Assembly: GCF_001194135.2 (NCBI RefSeq)
Contig: NC_068986.1
Coordinates: 23,700,851-23,764,850, forward strand
Direction of reading: 5' to 3'
Source: Octopus bimaculoides
Taxonomy: Eukaryota
Length of the DNA stretch: 64,000 nucleotides
The position numbers were made by a program, and so were the translations under genes. Positions 14,122-26,789 of the stretch are shown here, one piece after another. How positions within the stretch are numbered: the stretch's first letter is position 1; each line of letters opens with the position of its first letter. The notes beneath the pieces were generated by a model. It was not told the origin of the DNA, ran no database searches, and worked only from the letters and a program-made list of their open reading frames with translations.

Positions 14122-14379
14122 TAGTATCATCGGTGGAAGGACATGGTCGAATGAATAATTTGTAAACCGATAAATTACTCTGAATTTCGTCTACCCTCAA
14201 TATTGATAGGAAACACTGATACCACCGAGTTCCTCCAAACACGAATTATCGAAAAACAATTACATTCAAAAGGCATGTCAAATGGCATCTATGAATAAAT
14301 CAATTACACCAAAAATCATATATGTCTAAATACAATCTCTATTAATATACCACCCACTTACTTCATAATCTTACTGGAG

Positions 14380-15330
14380 TTATTGCTGCTACTTTACCTA
14401 CGTATATCGTTACGCTTACGCAGAACTGATCGCTGCTACCTTGCGAATTGTTCATAACAACCATTATTGTATCTCTATTCCTCGACTTTCCTCAGTTCAT
14501 TCTCTACTCGTCTTCTAATTTACTCGTCTAATCCTATTCTTCTCTTTTTCTCTACACTTCTCTTACTAACCCACTACACGATCTCTTATTTAAAATTCTA
14601 TCCCAACCTGTTTCACCTTGATCTTAAACATTGCCTTAATCCATACAAGCATTTACACCCAGCTGCAGTTATCCTTACTAAGACCCTATCTTCTAGTCAC
14701 ATCTTTAACTTTTGACCCCTTCCCAAAAGTGTATGTCATGATTTCCACACTGCCTCTTAAGCTACCTCAATACTTCAGCCTTTCCCCTCCCAGTCCCTCC
14801 AAGAGTCTCATGTCAGCCGATTTCTTCACTCTAACCCGTTCTATGCTCTACACCCGACTTCTTTCTTCCACCTACTCCCCACTGTTTGCACAGACCGTCT
14901 CGCATTTTATCCAGTAACTCAGGCAACGTCCATTTCAATTACTCATCCAGACCGAGGAACACAAACTACGCTCACTCATCCATGCCTTCTCGAACACCAC
15001 ATTCCTGTTCCTATCCCTTTCAATCATTGTGCATTCACACATCTTGCTCGTCCCAAAATTGTCACTCCCTATTATCTGACCTACTTCTTCCTGAAGATGA
15101 ACGATCCCTTCTCTCTTGAGACTTCCGCTTCATATCTCTCACAACTTGTGGTGATGCCTTTCAAACCCGCAGTGAAATCGAACAATTCCAACGAACAATT
15201 ACCATGACACTTCCGCTAAGTCCCATACATTTCCAGATAACTTGAATAGGATCTTCAACCCCTAGTTATCGCCTTTCCCTCCCACGGTCAGGATAGTTAC
15301 CACAATTATCACCTCTTCCAACTCCTTCTC
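14380..15330 (+). mobile_element. Highly decayed retroelement sequence (CR1-like ORF2 end followed by possible Penelope-like RT remnant)
   Basis: Pyrimidine-rich plus strand; broken translations NHYCISIPR...SSFSTRLL...LFHLDL resemble CR1 C-termini and NTTFLFLSLSI resembles Penelope RT. Weak, from recalled motifs only. Confidence 0.3.
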
Positions 15331-15361
15331 TTTCCACTAAGCTCCTTCTAATCCTTATCTT

Positions 15362-15580
15362 ATTTCTTTACTGCCCACAAGGGGCTACACACAGAGGGAG
15401 ACAAACGGATAAAGTCAATTATATCGATCCCAGTGCGTAACTGGTACTTATTTAATCGACCCCGAAAGGATGAAAGGCAAAGTCGACCTCGGCGGAATTT
15501 GAACTCAGAACGTAGCGGCAGACGAAATACCGCTAAGCAGTTCGCCCGGTGTGCTAACGTTTCTGCCAGCTCGCCGCTTA
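15362..15580 (-). mobile_element. SINE group A, well preserved
   Basis: Closely matches 54420-54653. Confidence 0.92.
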
Positions 15581-15582
15581 TC

Positions 15583-15870
15583 TACTCCGGATATACACCT
15601 ATGTACAATCATGCTACATGATGATTGTCGTCTTGCCTTCAAGTAATTCTTAGACCGTTGCAATATTCTTGAGTCCAGTAACTCTAATCGTCTAAGGTTT
15701 GTCCTTAATTGTTTTTCAACGGCGAATTTTACCAGCACGTCACTTTGGCATAGTGATTACAAGTAGGATACGCTCTAGCTATGCTAAACTTTTTTTTGTT
15801 GGTAACGTCTAGCCGCAAGCCATTGCACAGTCCATTGGTCCTCCTGAAGTATGTAATAGGCACATATGTT
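15583..15870 (-). mobile_element. Decayed Helitron Pif1-like helicase fragment
   Basis: VPITYFRRTNGLCNGLRLDVTN (15798-15863) vs Helitron xPIMLLRNLDPxNGLCNGTRLIVT; downstream broken NLRRLE, EGKT and LYIG...SGV in the order of LRRxQF, SQGQT and LYVALSRV. Confidence 0.5.
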
Positions 15871-16539
15871 TCTGCCTCTCACGCCTATACCATATTCACC
15901 ATCTTCATCAACACCGTCTTCATCAACACCAATGAGTTCATTTCCATTATCTCCTCCTTCCCTGTCAATTTCTTTGACATAAGTGTCATAGTTGGTCACC
16001 AAACCGCAGGAGTTAGAAATAACCAGAATTATGGAATTAAAAGCATTTAAATGTCCTCATTATGGTTGGCGCTGTGGGAATAGTTAAAATGTATGAAAAT
16101 TTATAAGATTAAAAACTGAAATCACAAGACTTATAAACATATAACAATACTTCTCTAGATTGTTCATACATTTCGTATAACAATTTCACTGAAATATATT
16201 TCTCAAATGATAAAAGTTTGCAGGTTTCCAAGTCACAGGTATATAAGTATAGATTTATACTGAAAGCATACAATTAAAACATGCAATATTTCTGAAAGCC
16301 TGCAATATTTCTACCGAAATAATATTAAATTTAACCGTTATCCGTAGATGCTGGGCTATTGGTATCAAATGGCAGAAAATGAACTCCAGCCGTGTTCTTC
16401 CATATTCTTACGACACTAACACCGTAATCCGATAAACATGTCTGAAATACCGAAGTACGTTAAGTAATAAATAACGAAACGACAACTAATATAGAATTAC
16501 ATTAACAAATTCGTTGAAAGACGATAATCTAACTTGCAT

Positions 16540-16915
16540 GTTCGTTCTCACTCTTTCTTTTCATTGCCTCTTCCATCATCATCGCTTATTCCAGCTGTTC
16601 TTATCTCTAGAGCTTTCTTCATTTTCTCAATCAGTCACTTTGCATGACATTTTCCTTTCGTTTCTTTTCATTCCTTTCTATCTTCATATCATTACTTGTA
16701 TTTTATCTCAACCGTACATTTTCTTTTTCTTTTACTTAACATTTTTCACAAGCCGAAAGTTTCTGCAACAATATTTTCAACATCTCCCAGCATCATATTT
16801 CTTCTTTTCCCTCTCACATAATCTATCTTCTCCACTTGGAAACATTGCAGTCCATGTACAGTAATTACTTTGGACACTTGGGAAAGACTGAATATACAAC
16901 TGTTGTTCTTCTTTT
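16540..16915 (-). mobile_element. Possible decayed RTE-type LINE 3' region
   Basis: Purine-rich minus strand; broken translation resembles the VQSxLLYG...DRLxRxExxMxRWM region of RTE ORFs. Weak. Confidence 0.3.
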
Positions 16916-16919
16916 CTTC

Positions 16920-16957
16920 ATAACAATTTAATAATAATAAACCTAATAATAATAATG

Positions 16958-17027
<70 letters not shown>

Positions 17028-17032
17028 TAATA
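16920..17032. repeat. (AAT)n microsatellite
   Basis: Visible array; source of the poly-Ile and poly-Leu ORFs. Confidence 0.95.
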
Positions 17033-17459
17033 AACGTATCTGTCAAGACCTACCAAAAACTGAGCAAATATAAAGATCTTGAAATAGAAATTAGCAAAAT
17101 GTGGAATCTGAAGACGAAAACGATACCTATTGTCATAGGTGCCCTGGGAATGACAGCGAAACGGGCTGATTACTACCTAGCTCAGATACCAGGAAACCTC
17201 AAAATGGCTGAAGTTCAAAAGATAGTGCTCATGGGAACTGCCCATATCCTACGTAAAATACTGTCTATGCGATCTCAAATTTTAAAACAAACATAATTTT
17301 CTTATGGTTTCTTAAACATTCACTAGAACAAAACTGTACAAATCCAAATATATGGTACCCTAGGCATAACACCTACATGAACTTCTAACTTGTCTCTTGA
17401 GGTCTCTGGGTGAGACTTGGATCCAACTTGTACAAATGCAAAACAAAAGTCAAACATAA
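17033..17459 (+). mobile_element. 5'-truncated R4/Dong-clade LINE (restriction-like endonuclease C-terminus plus 3' UTR)
   Basis: KLSKYKDLEIEISKMWNLKTKTIPIVIGALG...VQKIVLMGTAHILRKILS; (AAT)n on both sides. Confidence 0.85.
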
Positions 17460-17507
<48 letters not shown>

Positions 17508-17550
17508 TATAAATATAATAATAAAAATGCAATAATAATGATAACGATAA
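17460..17550. repeat. (AAT)n microsatellite
   Basis: Visible array between the two R4/Dong fragments. Confidence 0.95.
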
Positions 17551-17580
17551 GATTAATGAATTGAAAGATTTGTGAACTAG

Positions 17581-18600
17581 GAAACTTAGAAAAACAAGAA
17601 AACTATTAACAGCTTATCTAAGTCACCACCCCAAAGCAGACACAGACAGAATATATATTTACCCTACTCAGAGGGAGGTCGCCGCCTGACAGAGATAGAA
17701 AACTGTGTAAAATAACAACAGTTGAGCTTGAAAAATACCTGGACGACTACTACATGTAATAAAACGAGACGCAAAAGAAAAAAAAAGAGAAAAAGTGAAA
17801 AGAAAGCGCATTTTTCGATACACAAGGAGGCGACAAAATACAATACTCAAACAAACTACGTTGAAACGCTGATCTCAAATGACAACGCGGCAGAATTGGA
17901 CAAAGAAACAATGACGTGAAAACAGAACTACAAAACATACTAAAGAAGAAATGGAGAGAAAAATCACTCCATGACCAATAATCTGCAAGGCTGGAAAGAG
18001 AAGAAGTGAGCCTAAGTAAAAGTCAACAACGGCTCAAAAGCTCTGGGCTAAAAGCAGAAACCGATGGACTGATTCTCTCCGCACAAGACGAATTCCTGAT
18101 CACAAACAACAGTAAAAGCAAAACAATGAAAACTGGCCCTGAGACCAACTTCAGAATGTGCAACCAGCACAATGTGACAGTTAACCACGTTATCTCTGGC
18201 TGTCCAATCTTTGCCAAATCTGAACATTTATACAGATATGGCAGTGTAAGGAGTTATATCCACAGGTCAATATGCCAAAACTGCAACATGAAACCTAACA
18301 AGTAGATGACTGCGACCATGTCACAGTCACTTGGGATATGCCTATTCAAACTGGCAAACAAGTCAAAGCTAATCGCCTTGATATAATAATCAAGGATTGG
18401 TAAGAAAAAACACACCTGCTTACTGATCCACATTGCAGTCCCTTCTGACCAAAATATTGCCGAAAGAGAAGTGGAGAAATTGTCAATTTACAAAGATCTC
18501 GAAATTGAAGTATTCAAGATGTGGGGCATGAAGGTGAAAACAATACCAGTAGTAACTGGAGCATTTGGTATAATAAAATAAAACGTATGAACGAGTTCGC
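17581..18600 (+). mobile_element. Second, more decayed R4/Dong-clade LINE fragment (RT end, CCHC finger, RLE domain)
   Basis: HHPKADTDRIYLP..EGGR; LKAETDGLILSAQD; CxxC..H..SGC; WDMPIQT...ANRLDIII; EKLSIYKDLEIEVFKMWGMK; contains stops and frameshifts. Confidence 0.85.
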
Positions 18601-19719
18601 TCACATAAAATATCTGACTGACCAAGCTGTCATCGTATTTTCTATCTAAATCCGAACTGTTTTAAGGCATTAGTTATCGGTATTAACGCCATTTGAAAAG
18701 GAGCTCAATGTATACTATATGAATATTTTTCCTTAACCCGCGTGGTGTTAGCTTAAACAATTCGATGTAGCCTGCATTTGCGGCATTGCAGTTAGCTTGT
18801 TTATATCTCATGCTTCTGCTAACTAAAATATGCTATACTCAGACTCTTCGTTTATCTACTATAGTCATGGGTAGAGTCTTGTTTAGATGTACATGATCAT
18901 TTCCTCCAAACAAATCTTTACAGCATTTCTGATTTTCTGGATTAATTTTTTTATTTTTACAGGAGTTTAGTACCTGTAATATTGCTGCTACGAAACCTTA
19001 GGCTCCAAAATATCAGGTTATGTTTGGCAGTGCTTTCGCTGTCCACTCTTCTCTCCCAAACTTCTACTCTTCTTTCTGTTAGCCCTTCATTGATTGCAAT
19101 TCTACTTTGAACTGCTCTAGAACTATTTGTTTTGTTCAAAGACTCACTGATGCTTTTCTATGCAAGCGGTTCCTTTGCGAAAATCACCTGTTTCAGGCAT
19201 TCCTGATTTCGGATACTTCTAATTTTTGTGATATTATATTTGTAATATTTGTCTCTGCATATTTATTTCAGTTTGTGTCGTTCTGTTGTTGATTTCATAG
19301 AAAAATGAGAACTTTTTTCACATTTTCAAACTGTTCCATATGTTTGTTCCTCATGCTGTTTACATTGCATTTATTATGAGTAGATTTAAAGGAATACCGA
19401 CATTTCTCTGTAATTAAAATAGCTGCTGCTTAAAAATTGACTATTCAAATTCATTTATTGTTTTCATTGAATTAGTGGTTGCCAGGTTTACAATGCTTTA
19501 CTGTTTTTGCTATGATACTCTTGGGTTTTATAGTAAGTGCATTCCTTAATTTGTCAGTTGGATGATCTTTTATTAATTTTTTAATTCTTTAATCGTCATT
19601 CCCTTTTACTTACAATCGCATTTGTTTTCCATCGATTCGATTTTTGTGGGTGGCCAATCTTCAGATGCTTCCAAATTTGGCTTTGCTACTGTTGTTATTA
19701 CTATTAGTGGTACGACTAC

Positions 19720-19757
<38 letters not shown>

Positions 19758-20670
19758 GTTCATAACAAAACACGCAATCAAAAGAGTTTCCGCTTAGAAG
19801 ACGTTATTTTCTAATTCAATTCAAATATCTATTCAATTCATTGAAGGAAACTTCATACCTAACATTGCTTTTATGTGTGCATATATTTTCGATATGTGGC
19901 GACTTGAAAATGGCCACCTTAATGGCTATCAGAAGTATACGATCACAGTCGTGGTCGGAGATTTAATGGCGAAAAAGTTATAACTCCTTCGCAGTGGATG
20001 TTAGGATAGATTACATAAGTGTTAAACATAAACAAACACTCGACAAGGTAGATTCTATCATAAGTGTGTTCTTGGATAGATGAAACAAAGAATGAATCGT
20101 CTATGAGACTGGTATAATCAGCTAAAACTCTCCCTCCTATATTGTGACTTTGCTCTAGGTTTAAGAATTTCTAATATTTATAATTTTAACAATAGGGTTT
20201 TCTATACGGTAGCTTGGCTTCTTCAAACAGCAGGTGAGAAGGAAATTCTGAATATTAATTTAACGCGATCATTATAACCAGAAAGGAGACGAGATTAAAA
20301 TGGTTAGAAGAAATGCCTAACCAGGATCCATGTGGACTCAACCAGGCTCCATGTGGTTCTTAAGTGTTTATATAAAATTTTGTTACTAAAATTTATTTGT
20401 AAAAAAATTGGTTGCACTTCTACAATACACGATCTATTTTAATAATTTTTTTTTTACACATTTCATTCTAGTATATAATTATAAACATATAAAATGATTG
20501 TTAAACACTGAATGGCTACAGGAATCCATTCGAGTAAAAGGGGGATGAAAGAGGTTCATAGGTTAAAAATAGTTAGAAGAAATGTCTTAGATCATGATTT
20601 TGCTAGATCAGAGAATACCATGGCTTAGTCAGGAAGCTACAGAATAGTCCAAGTTTAATTCAAGACGTTA

Positions 20671-20807
20671 AAGTATTGTCTCCTATTTTATTGCACTGAA
20701 CATAATCCTCCACTACCATTTGTCTCTTTGTTTGCTTGAACATACTCAACTCAGTTTTAAGCATTTGTTGACAAGTTATTTGTTGACAAGATATTTGTAG
20801 ACAAAAT
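20671..20807 (+). repeat. Unique-looking block duplicated at 22441-22557
   Basis: aagtattgtctcctatttt...gatatttgtaga near-identical in both; this copy has an extra internal tandem of atttgttgacaag. Confidence 0.9.
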
Positions 20808-22228
20808 ACCTCGCAGTATTTAGTTTTAGAGTTTAATATTTTGAGTTCAAATACAGCCATGGTCAACTTTTCTTTTTCCTCTTCCGGGGTTAATAAAATA
20901 ATTTACAAGTCAAAGTACAGTCATCGATTACACCGTCTCATGAAATCTACAGCCTTGAGCAAATGTTAGGAAGAACCATGACATTAAGTTGTTGTTTGAT
21001 CGAATGGCTGAGACATTTGCCTCGCAATCAGAAACTATCGGGTTCGATTCCACTGTGTGGCATCTTAGACAGATGCTTTTTATCTTCCTTGAATCGCCTC
21101 AACACTTGTTATTGAAACTAGAATGATAGAAACTGTGGAAGCCCATTGGATGGATGGTATTTATAATCTAAATATGAAACTTTGTCACACTGCATCACGC
21201 TGTCTGTCTCATGGTTACACTAAGGGTACATATATCTGCGGAATACTCAGCTTCTTACTCACTAATTCAATGAATACTGAATAATTATCTTCGAAACCAA
21301 TGGAAAGCCAAGCCAATAAAGTATAATTAAACAATATCCTTTAATTTCGATATGTTCTTATTCGACTTCAACATAAAATGAAATTATTGGGAACATTAGA
21401 AAACTTTATGATGCCTAAAAGCTGTATCTTTGTACAGCAAATTTTATAGTGAGTTATTTTCAATTTTCTGGGTCAGCTGATATTTATTCTGTTGCAGTTG
21501 TTAAATAGCTCTTTACCTCTGCAAGGCTACAAAAAAAAAAAACAAAAAAAAAACAGAACTAATTATCTTAATGGAATTTACCATTTATTCTTTATCAGCT
21601 CCCCACTACACTGCTGATAGTATTTCTAAAGACAAAATACATAAAAATAAAAACAAAAATATACAACGAACCAACATGTAGCCAGCCGTCAAGCCGGCCA
21701 ACCAAGCGTTCATTATTAAAATATAACGTTTCCCAATTTTCTCATTCAAAAACGACATATTTGAACACTTTTATTTCTATTTTGAATTTCTATTCTAACA
21801 TGTATATTTATTTATTCTTAACGTGCTAAAATAAAACTCATTATTAAACAAATTTATTGCTGGTTATTTATATATGCCAATTTATATTCTCGGTGAAACT
21901 GGCAATAAAACATAAAACATTATATGTTATGATTTACAGTGTCGCGTTTAGTGATTCCCGTTTGTGAATCCAAAAGTAGTCAGCCTTCAGTTTAACTTTC
22001 TGCACGAAAGACTTTTCTTTTTATATTTTGTTGTCAATAAAATAAATTCAATGCTGACAATTGTAAAATTTGAAAAGTTCCAAAATGTAAATGTTTTCTC
22101 TCATGAAACATTAACAGTGTGTATAAAACCCAGCAATACACTTCCCTTAAATAGTATTGCTCTACATTTCCTTCCTGGTTAGTTTTCAGATTATAAAGTG
22201 TATATTACAAATTTTTATTCCTCTTCAG

Positions 22229-22260
22229 CACATCTCTCTCGTCATATTTCTTCTCCTCAA
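22229..22260 (+). other. Candidate 32-nt micro-exon
   Basis: Acceptor atttttattcctcttcag and donor CAA|GTAAGC; all three frames open. No homology. Confidence 0.2.
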
Positions 22261-22558
22261 GTAAGCAAGTTTACTTGGACGCAAGCATGAATATTTAGTA
22301 AAGAGATTTGCTCAGTAGCAACTCGATTACCTGTTTGACCCTTTTAGGCGGCAACATTGATGAAAAGTATTTTAGTTTCGGATTGACTCAAAGCCTTACG
22401 AATGAAATATTGGTTGGCAAAAGTTAGAGGGAGCCCATCGAAGTATTGTCTCCTATTTTATTGCACTGAACATAATCCTCCACTACCATTTGTCTCTTTG
22501 TTTGCTTGAACAAACTCAACTCAGTTTTAAGCATTTGTTGACAAGATATTTGTAGATA

Positions 22559-23004
22559 GGCGTAGGAGTGGCTGTGTGGTAAGTAGCTTGCTTACCAACC
22601 ACATGGTTCCGGGTTCAGTCTCACTGCGTGGCACCTTGGGTAAGTGTCTTCTACTATAGCCTCGGGCCGACCAAAGCCTTGTGAGTAGATTTGGTAGACG
22701 GAAACTGAAAGAAGCTCGTCGTATATATATATATATATATATATATGTGTGCGTGTGTGTCTGTGTGTGTATGTGTGTGTATATGTTTGTGTGTCTGTGT
22801 TTGTCCCCCCAACATCACTTGACAACCGATGCTGGTGTGTTTACGTCCCCGTAAAGTAGCGGTTCGGCAAAAGAGTTCGATAGAATAAATACTAGGCATC
22901 CAAAGAATAAGTCCTAGGGTCGATTTGCTCGACTAAAGGCGGTGCGGTGCTCCAGCATGGCCACAGACAAATGACTGAAACAAGTAAAAGAGTAAAAGAG
23001 TAAA
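22559..23004 (+). mobile_element. Full-length SINE, group C (GGCGTAGGAGTGGCTGTGTGG head, internal microsatellite, (AGTAAAAG)n tail)
   Basis: A/B-box-like head, GGCACCTTGGGxAAGTGTCTTC box; related copies at about 21001, 30893, 47420 and 62595. Confidence 0.9.
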
Positions 23005-23326
23005 GATATTTTCTCCTTCCCACATTCCGCTAAATGTCTCTGACACTGAGAGAAATCAATCAGGTACAGTTCCCTACTTCCATGTATGTCATCTTAAACT
23101 AAAAACAAAAATATAATCGCGATATGCTCATCGATATGACTATTACATTACGTTGAGGGAAATCAAAGTATTACACATCATGAAAGATGTCTACGCAACA
23201 GTCTGGGTGACTGCTTAAAACTGGCCCCTAGCCCAAAGTTTGAACAGTTTAACTTTTAATAAGGAAGTTCTAAATGCACAGGAATTGTTTCTGTCTATTA
23301 TTCTCTGTATTTAGCTCTGTTATGAC

Positions 23327-23790
23327 CTATATTGGGAGGCCAACTAATCAAGGTTGATGTTCGGTGACAATTATAAAGCTCATATATGAATGCTGTGCGG
23401 AGGTAGCACATGTCTCATGACTCAGGTTTCAAAAACAGAAAGATAGCTCCAAAGTTGCTGTAGGACGTGTGCCGCAGAACACATTGCGACATGTAGATGG
23501 ATCTAGATATTCTACTGCATCCATAGGATGCTTCTATCTATTGCGGGCTCACAGCCATTAGTCCACAATATAAAAAATCGGCGAACTGGAGATTGTAGCC
23601 TTATTGATAAAGAGCGATCAGGTAGACCATCCACTACAGATGATGACCAAATGAAATCATTAATTGAAAATAACCCAGATTGCACAACCCGAGAATTGGC
23701 AGAAAGCCTCAACCTATCAAAATCCGTCGTTCATGAGCACCTGGTAAAATTTGGGTAAAAATCGGCACTAACTTTCCGGACAACCCAATG
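23327..23790 (+). mobile_element. Internally deleted mariner element (N-terminal HTH of transposase plus right TIR)
   Basis: GDCSLIDKERSGRPSTTDDDQMKSLIENNPDCTTRELAESLNLSKSVVHEHLVKFG followed directly by a mariner-like TIR at 23761-23789. Left boundary uncertain. Confidence 0.8.
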
Positions 23791-24533
23791 ATTTCTACTA
23801 TAGGCACAAGGTCTAAATTTTTAAGGGGGGCTTATAACATCGACCAAAATACTTGATTGGTACTTACTTGGCTTCCCCCTCCATCACTGAGAGGTTATAA
23901 AACTAAATCCTTCAACCTAAATTTGCTGGCCCGATACCAAAATGTGAAACAAGAATACAGAAACTGACAAATTTGTATGTGTATGTATTCACTCACTCAC
24001 TCTCTCTGTCACACAATAAGAGATAATGCAAATATCTTTACAGTAACTATTTGCTTTTGAATTGATTGTCACTTGTCACATGACAGCAATTGATAAAATG
24101 GCGGTAACGAAGTGATGTTAATTCAATCAATTATACTCCATACAATGTTTAATGAAGTCAAACCATTATTGGTCTAAAGTTGTCGGGAAAAATATTAAAC
24201 TTTATCATGTCATACAGGCATCACATGTCAAAGTAAAACCTACGATTTCTGTCTTGGTGAATGTTTTCAAACCCACTAACTCCACATTTTTTCTAATAAC
24301 GAAGTCACTATTGACAAAGAGCAGGCCGTCGCAGAACTAATTGCCAATCATTTTCAGGCTGTATGTTGCCAAACAGTTTTCTGTTTCAAAAGTGATATAA
24401 ATATTTTTTTTTCCATTTCAGTTGCACATACAGCCATATCTACAAACACTAAAACACACATACATAAATATACAATTCATGTGCATACATAAATATATAA
24501 ATGTATGTGTGATTGTGCGTACGGTATATATAG

Positions 24534-24614
<81 letters not shown>

Positions 24615-24619
24615 ATTTT

Positions 24620-25269
24620 GGGATCTATTTCAAAACGGGGGTACCAGTATTTTCTTAACGAAACACTAACGAAACACTTTGAAACTTGGGACACTGGTAG
24701 AATGTGTTATATAAAACANNNNNNNNNNNNNNNNNNNNNNNNNNNNNNNNNNNNNNNNNNNNNNNNNNNNNNNNNNNNNNNNNNNNNNNNNNNNNNNNNN
24801 NNNNNNNNNNNNNNNNNNNNNNNNNNNNNNNNNNNNNNNNNNNNNNNNNNNNNNNNNNNNNNNNNNNNNNNNNNNNNNNNNNNNNNNNNNNNNNNNNNNN
24901 NNNNNNNNNNNNNNNNNNNNNNNNNNNNNNNNNNNNNNNNNNNNNNNNNNNNNNNNNNNNNNNNNNNNNNNNNNNNNNNNNNNNNNNNNNNNNNNNNNNN
25001 NNNNNNNNNNNNNNNNNNNNNNNNNNNNNNNNNNNNNNNNNNNNNNNNNNNNNNNNNNNNNNNNNNNNNNNNNNNNNNNNNNNNNNNNNNNNNNNNNNNN
25101 NNNNNNNNNNNNNNNNNNNNTTTTACATGAAATAAATTCGAATACAAAAATTTTTTTCTGTTCTATAACACAAAATAGATAAGTATACGAAGTTTGAAAG
25201 TCTTTCGGTACCAAAAACACTACATAAAACATAAATGAAAACTGGTGCCCCCGTTTTGAAATAGATCCC
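24620..25269. mobile_element. Non-autonomous TIR DNA element with GGG termini and 6-bp TSD; interior partly in a gap
   Basis: TIR GGGATCTATTTCAAAACGGGGG(T/C)ACCAGT at both ends; AATTTT at 24614-24619 and 25270-25275. Confidence 0.85.
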
Positions 25270-25312
25270 AATTTTGCATTGTGTATGTATCTATCTTTCT
25301 CTATCTCCCCCC

Positions 25313-25377
<65 letters not shown>

Positions 25378-25776
25378 GACAAATACGTGCATATTTGTTC
25401 GTCGCCTCCATTGAAATAACCAAAGACATATCGGATCCTATATATCATCAACATAGCTAAAAGAAGAAAACAAATGGAAATTGGTCCCTAGACAGACAGT
25501 GGCACTAACAAGACAAGGGTAACTGGCTGAAAGCAACACATTAGTAAAACACAATCATAGATACGTACATATGCGCACGCGCACTCACACATACGCACAC
25601 TGACACGCAGATACAGACAAACTGACAGGCAGACTGACAGACATAGTTGGTGGAGGTCAACTCGTGAGTGAATAAGACTATCCTAAACTCAGTAAGTGTG
25701 TGTATCTATCTATCTATCTATCTATCTATACGTACATACATACATACATATATATAACAGATATATCAATATATAA

Positions 25777-25814
<38 letters not shown>

Positions 25815-26540
25815 NNNNNNNNNNNNNNNNNNNNNNNNNNNNNNNNNNNNNNNNNNNNNNNNNNNNNNNNNNNNNNNNNNNNNNNNNNNNNNNNNNNNNN
25901 NNNNNNNNNNNNNNNNNNNNNNNNNNNNNNNNNNNNNNNNNNNNNNNNNNNNNNNNNNNNNNNNNNNNNNNNNNNNNNNNNNNNNNNNNCATATGTATGT
26001 ATGTAGGTCGGTCGGTCGGTCGGTAGGTAGGTAGGTATAGACAGCATATGCTTTTCGTATTTAAAAGTACAGATTCATTAATATTCAACCGACTGTAACC
26101 AACCCACCATTAACTCTCGAGTTCTATGATGTATCTATTAGTTTATTCCCAAAACTAACCCGATAAGCAATAACGTTTGACTAGTGCTAAATTATATTAA
26201 AGAAGTCGATTACACAGGTCAATATGTTAAATCGCCAACTGAATCAATACTACCAGTCAATAAGCAGGAACTGGTAAACCTTTTCCTTATGCATTTTGTT
26301 TTTAACTTTACATAGATTGTAAAATAATAGAAAGTCTATATAGATGGTATATGTTTTCGTCTGATTTTTGCATTTGAACATCACCTTACATATTTCTGAC
26401 AAAACGGCCGAATAATTCGTTTTATAGAATCTATTCTTCAAAGAAAGCTGGTAAATTTATGTGAGGATTTTTCGAGTTGATTTTTCATGTTCCTGTCTCT
26501 CTCACTTCCTCCCTATATATATGTGTGTGTGTATACATAC

Positions 26541-26575
<35 letters not shown>

Positions 26576-26590
26576 GAGAATGAAACTTAC

Positions 26591-26598
26591 GTTGCCAT
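26591..26598 (-). CDS. Candidate first coding exon end (ATG GCA AC | GTAAGT)
   Basis: aatATGG start context and consensus GTAAGT donor. Speculative. Confidence 0.15.
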
Positions 26599-26789
26599 AT
26601 TGGCGTTTAGCTGTATAGCATCCGGAAGGGAGACCAGCTGCTGGTGCTACTACTACTACTACTTATCTTCGTCAACATCATCATCTGCTTTTTCTTCATT
26701 TATCAATATGGATTGGAACTTAAATAGATACGTCAGAAAACATAATTTAAAATTGTTTTTCAGGAGTAAATGTTAAAGATAGGCATTTC

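Noticed and set aside
16746-17027. Poly-Leu and poly-Ile ORFs; likewise poly-Lys (55517-55801) and ER/SL-repeat ORFs (32344-32767)
   Set aside because: Direct translations of (AAT)n, (TTC)n and (GA)n microsatellites.
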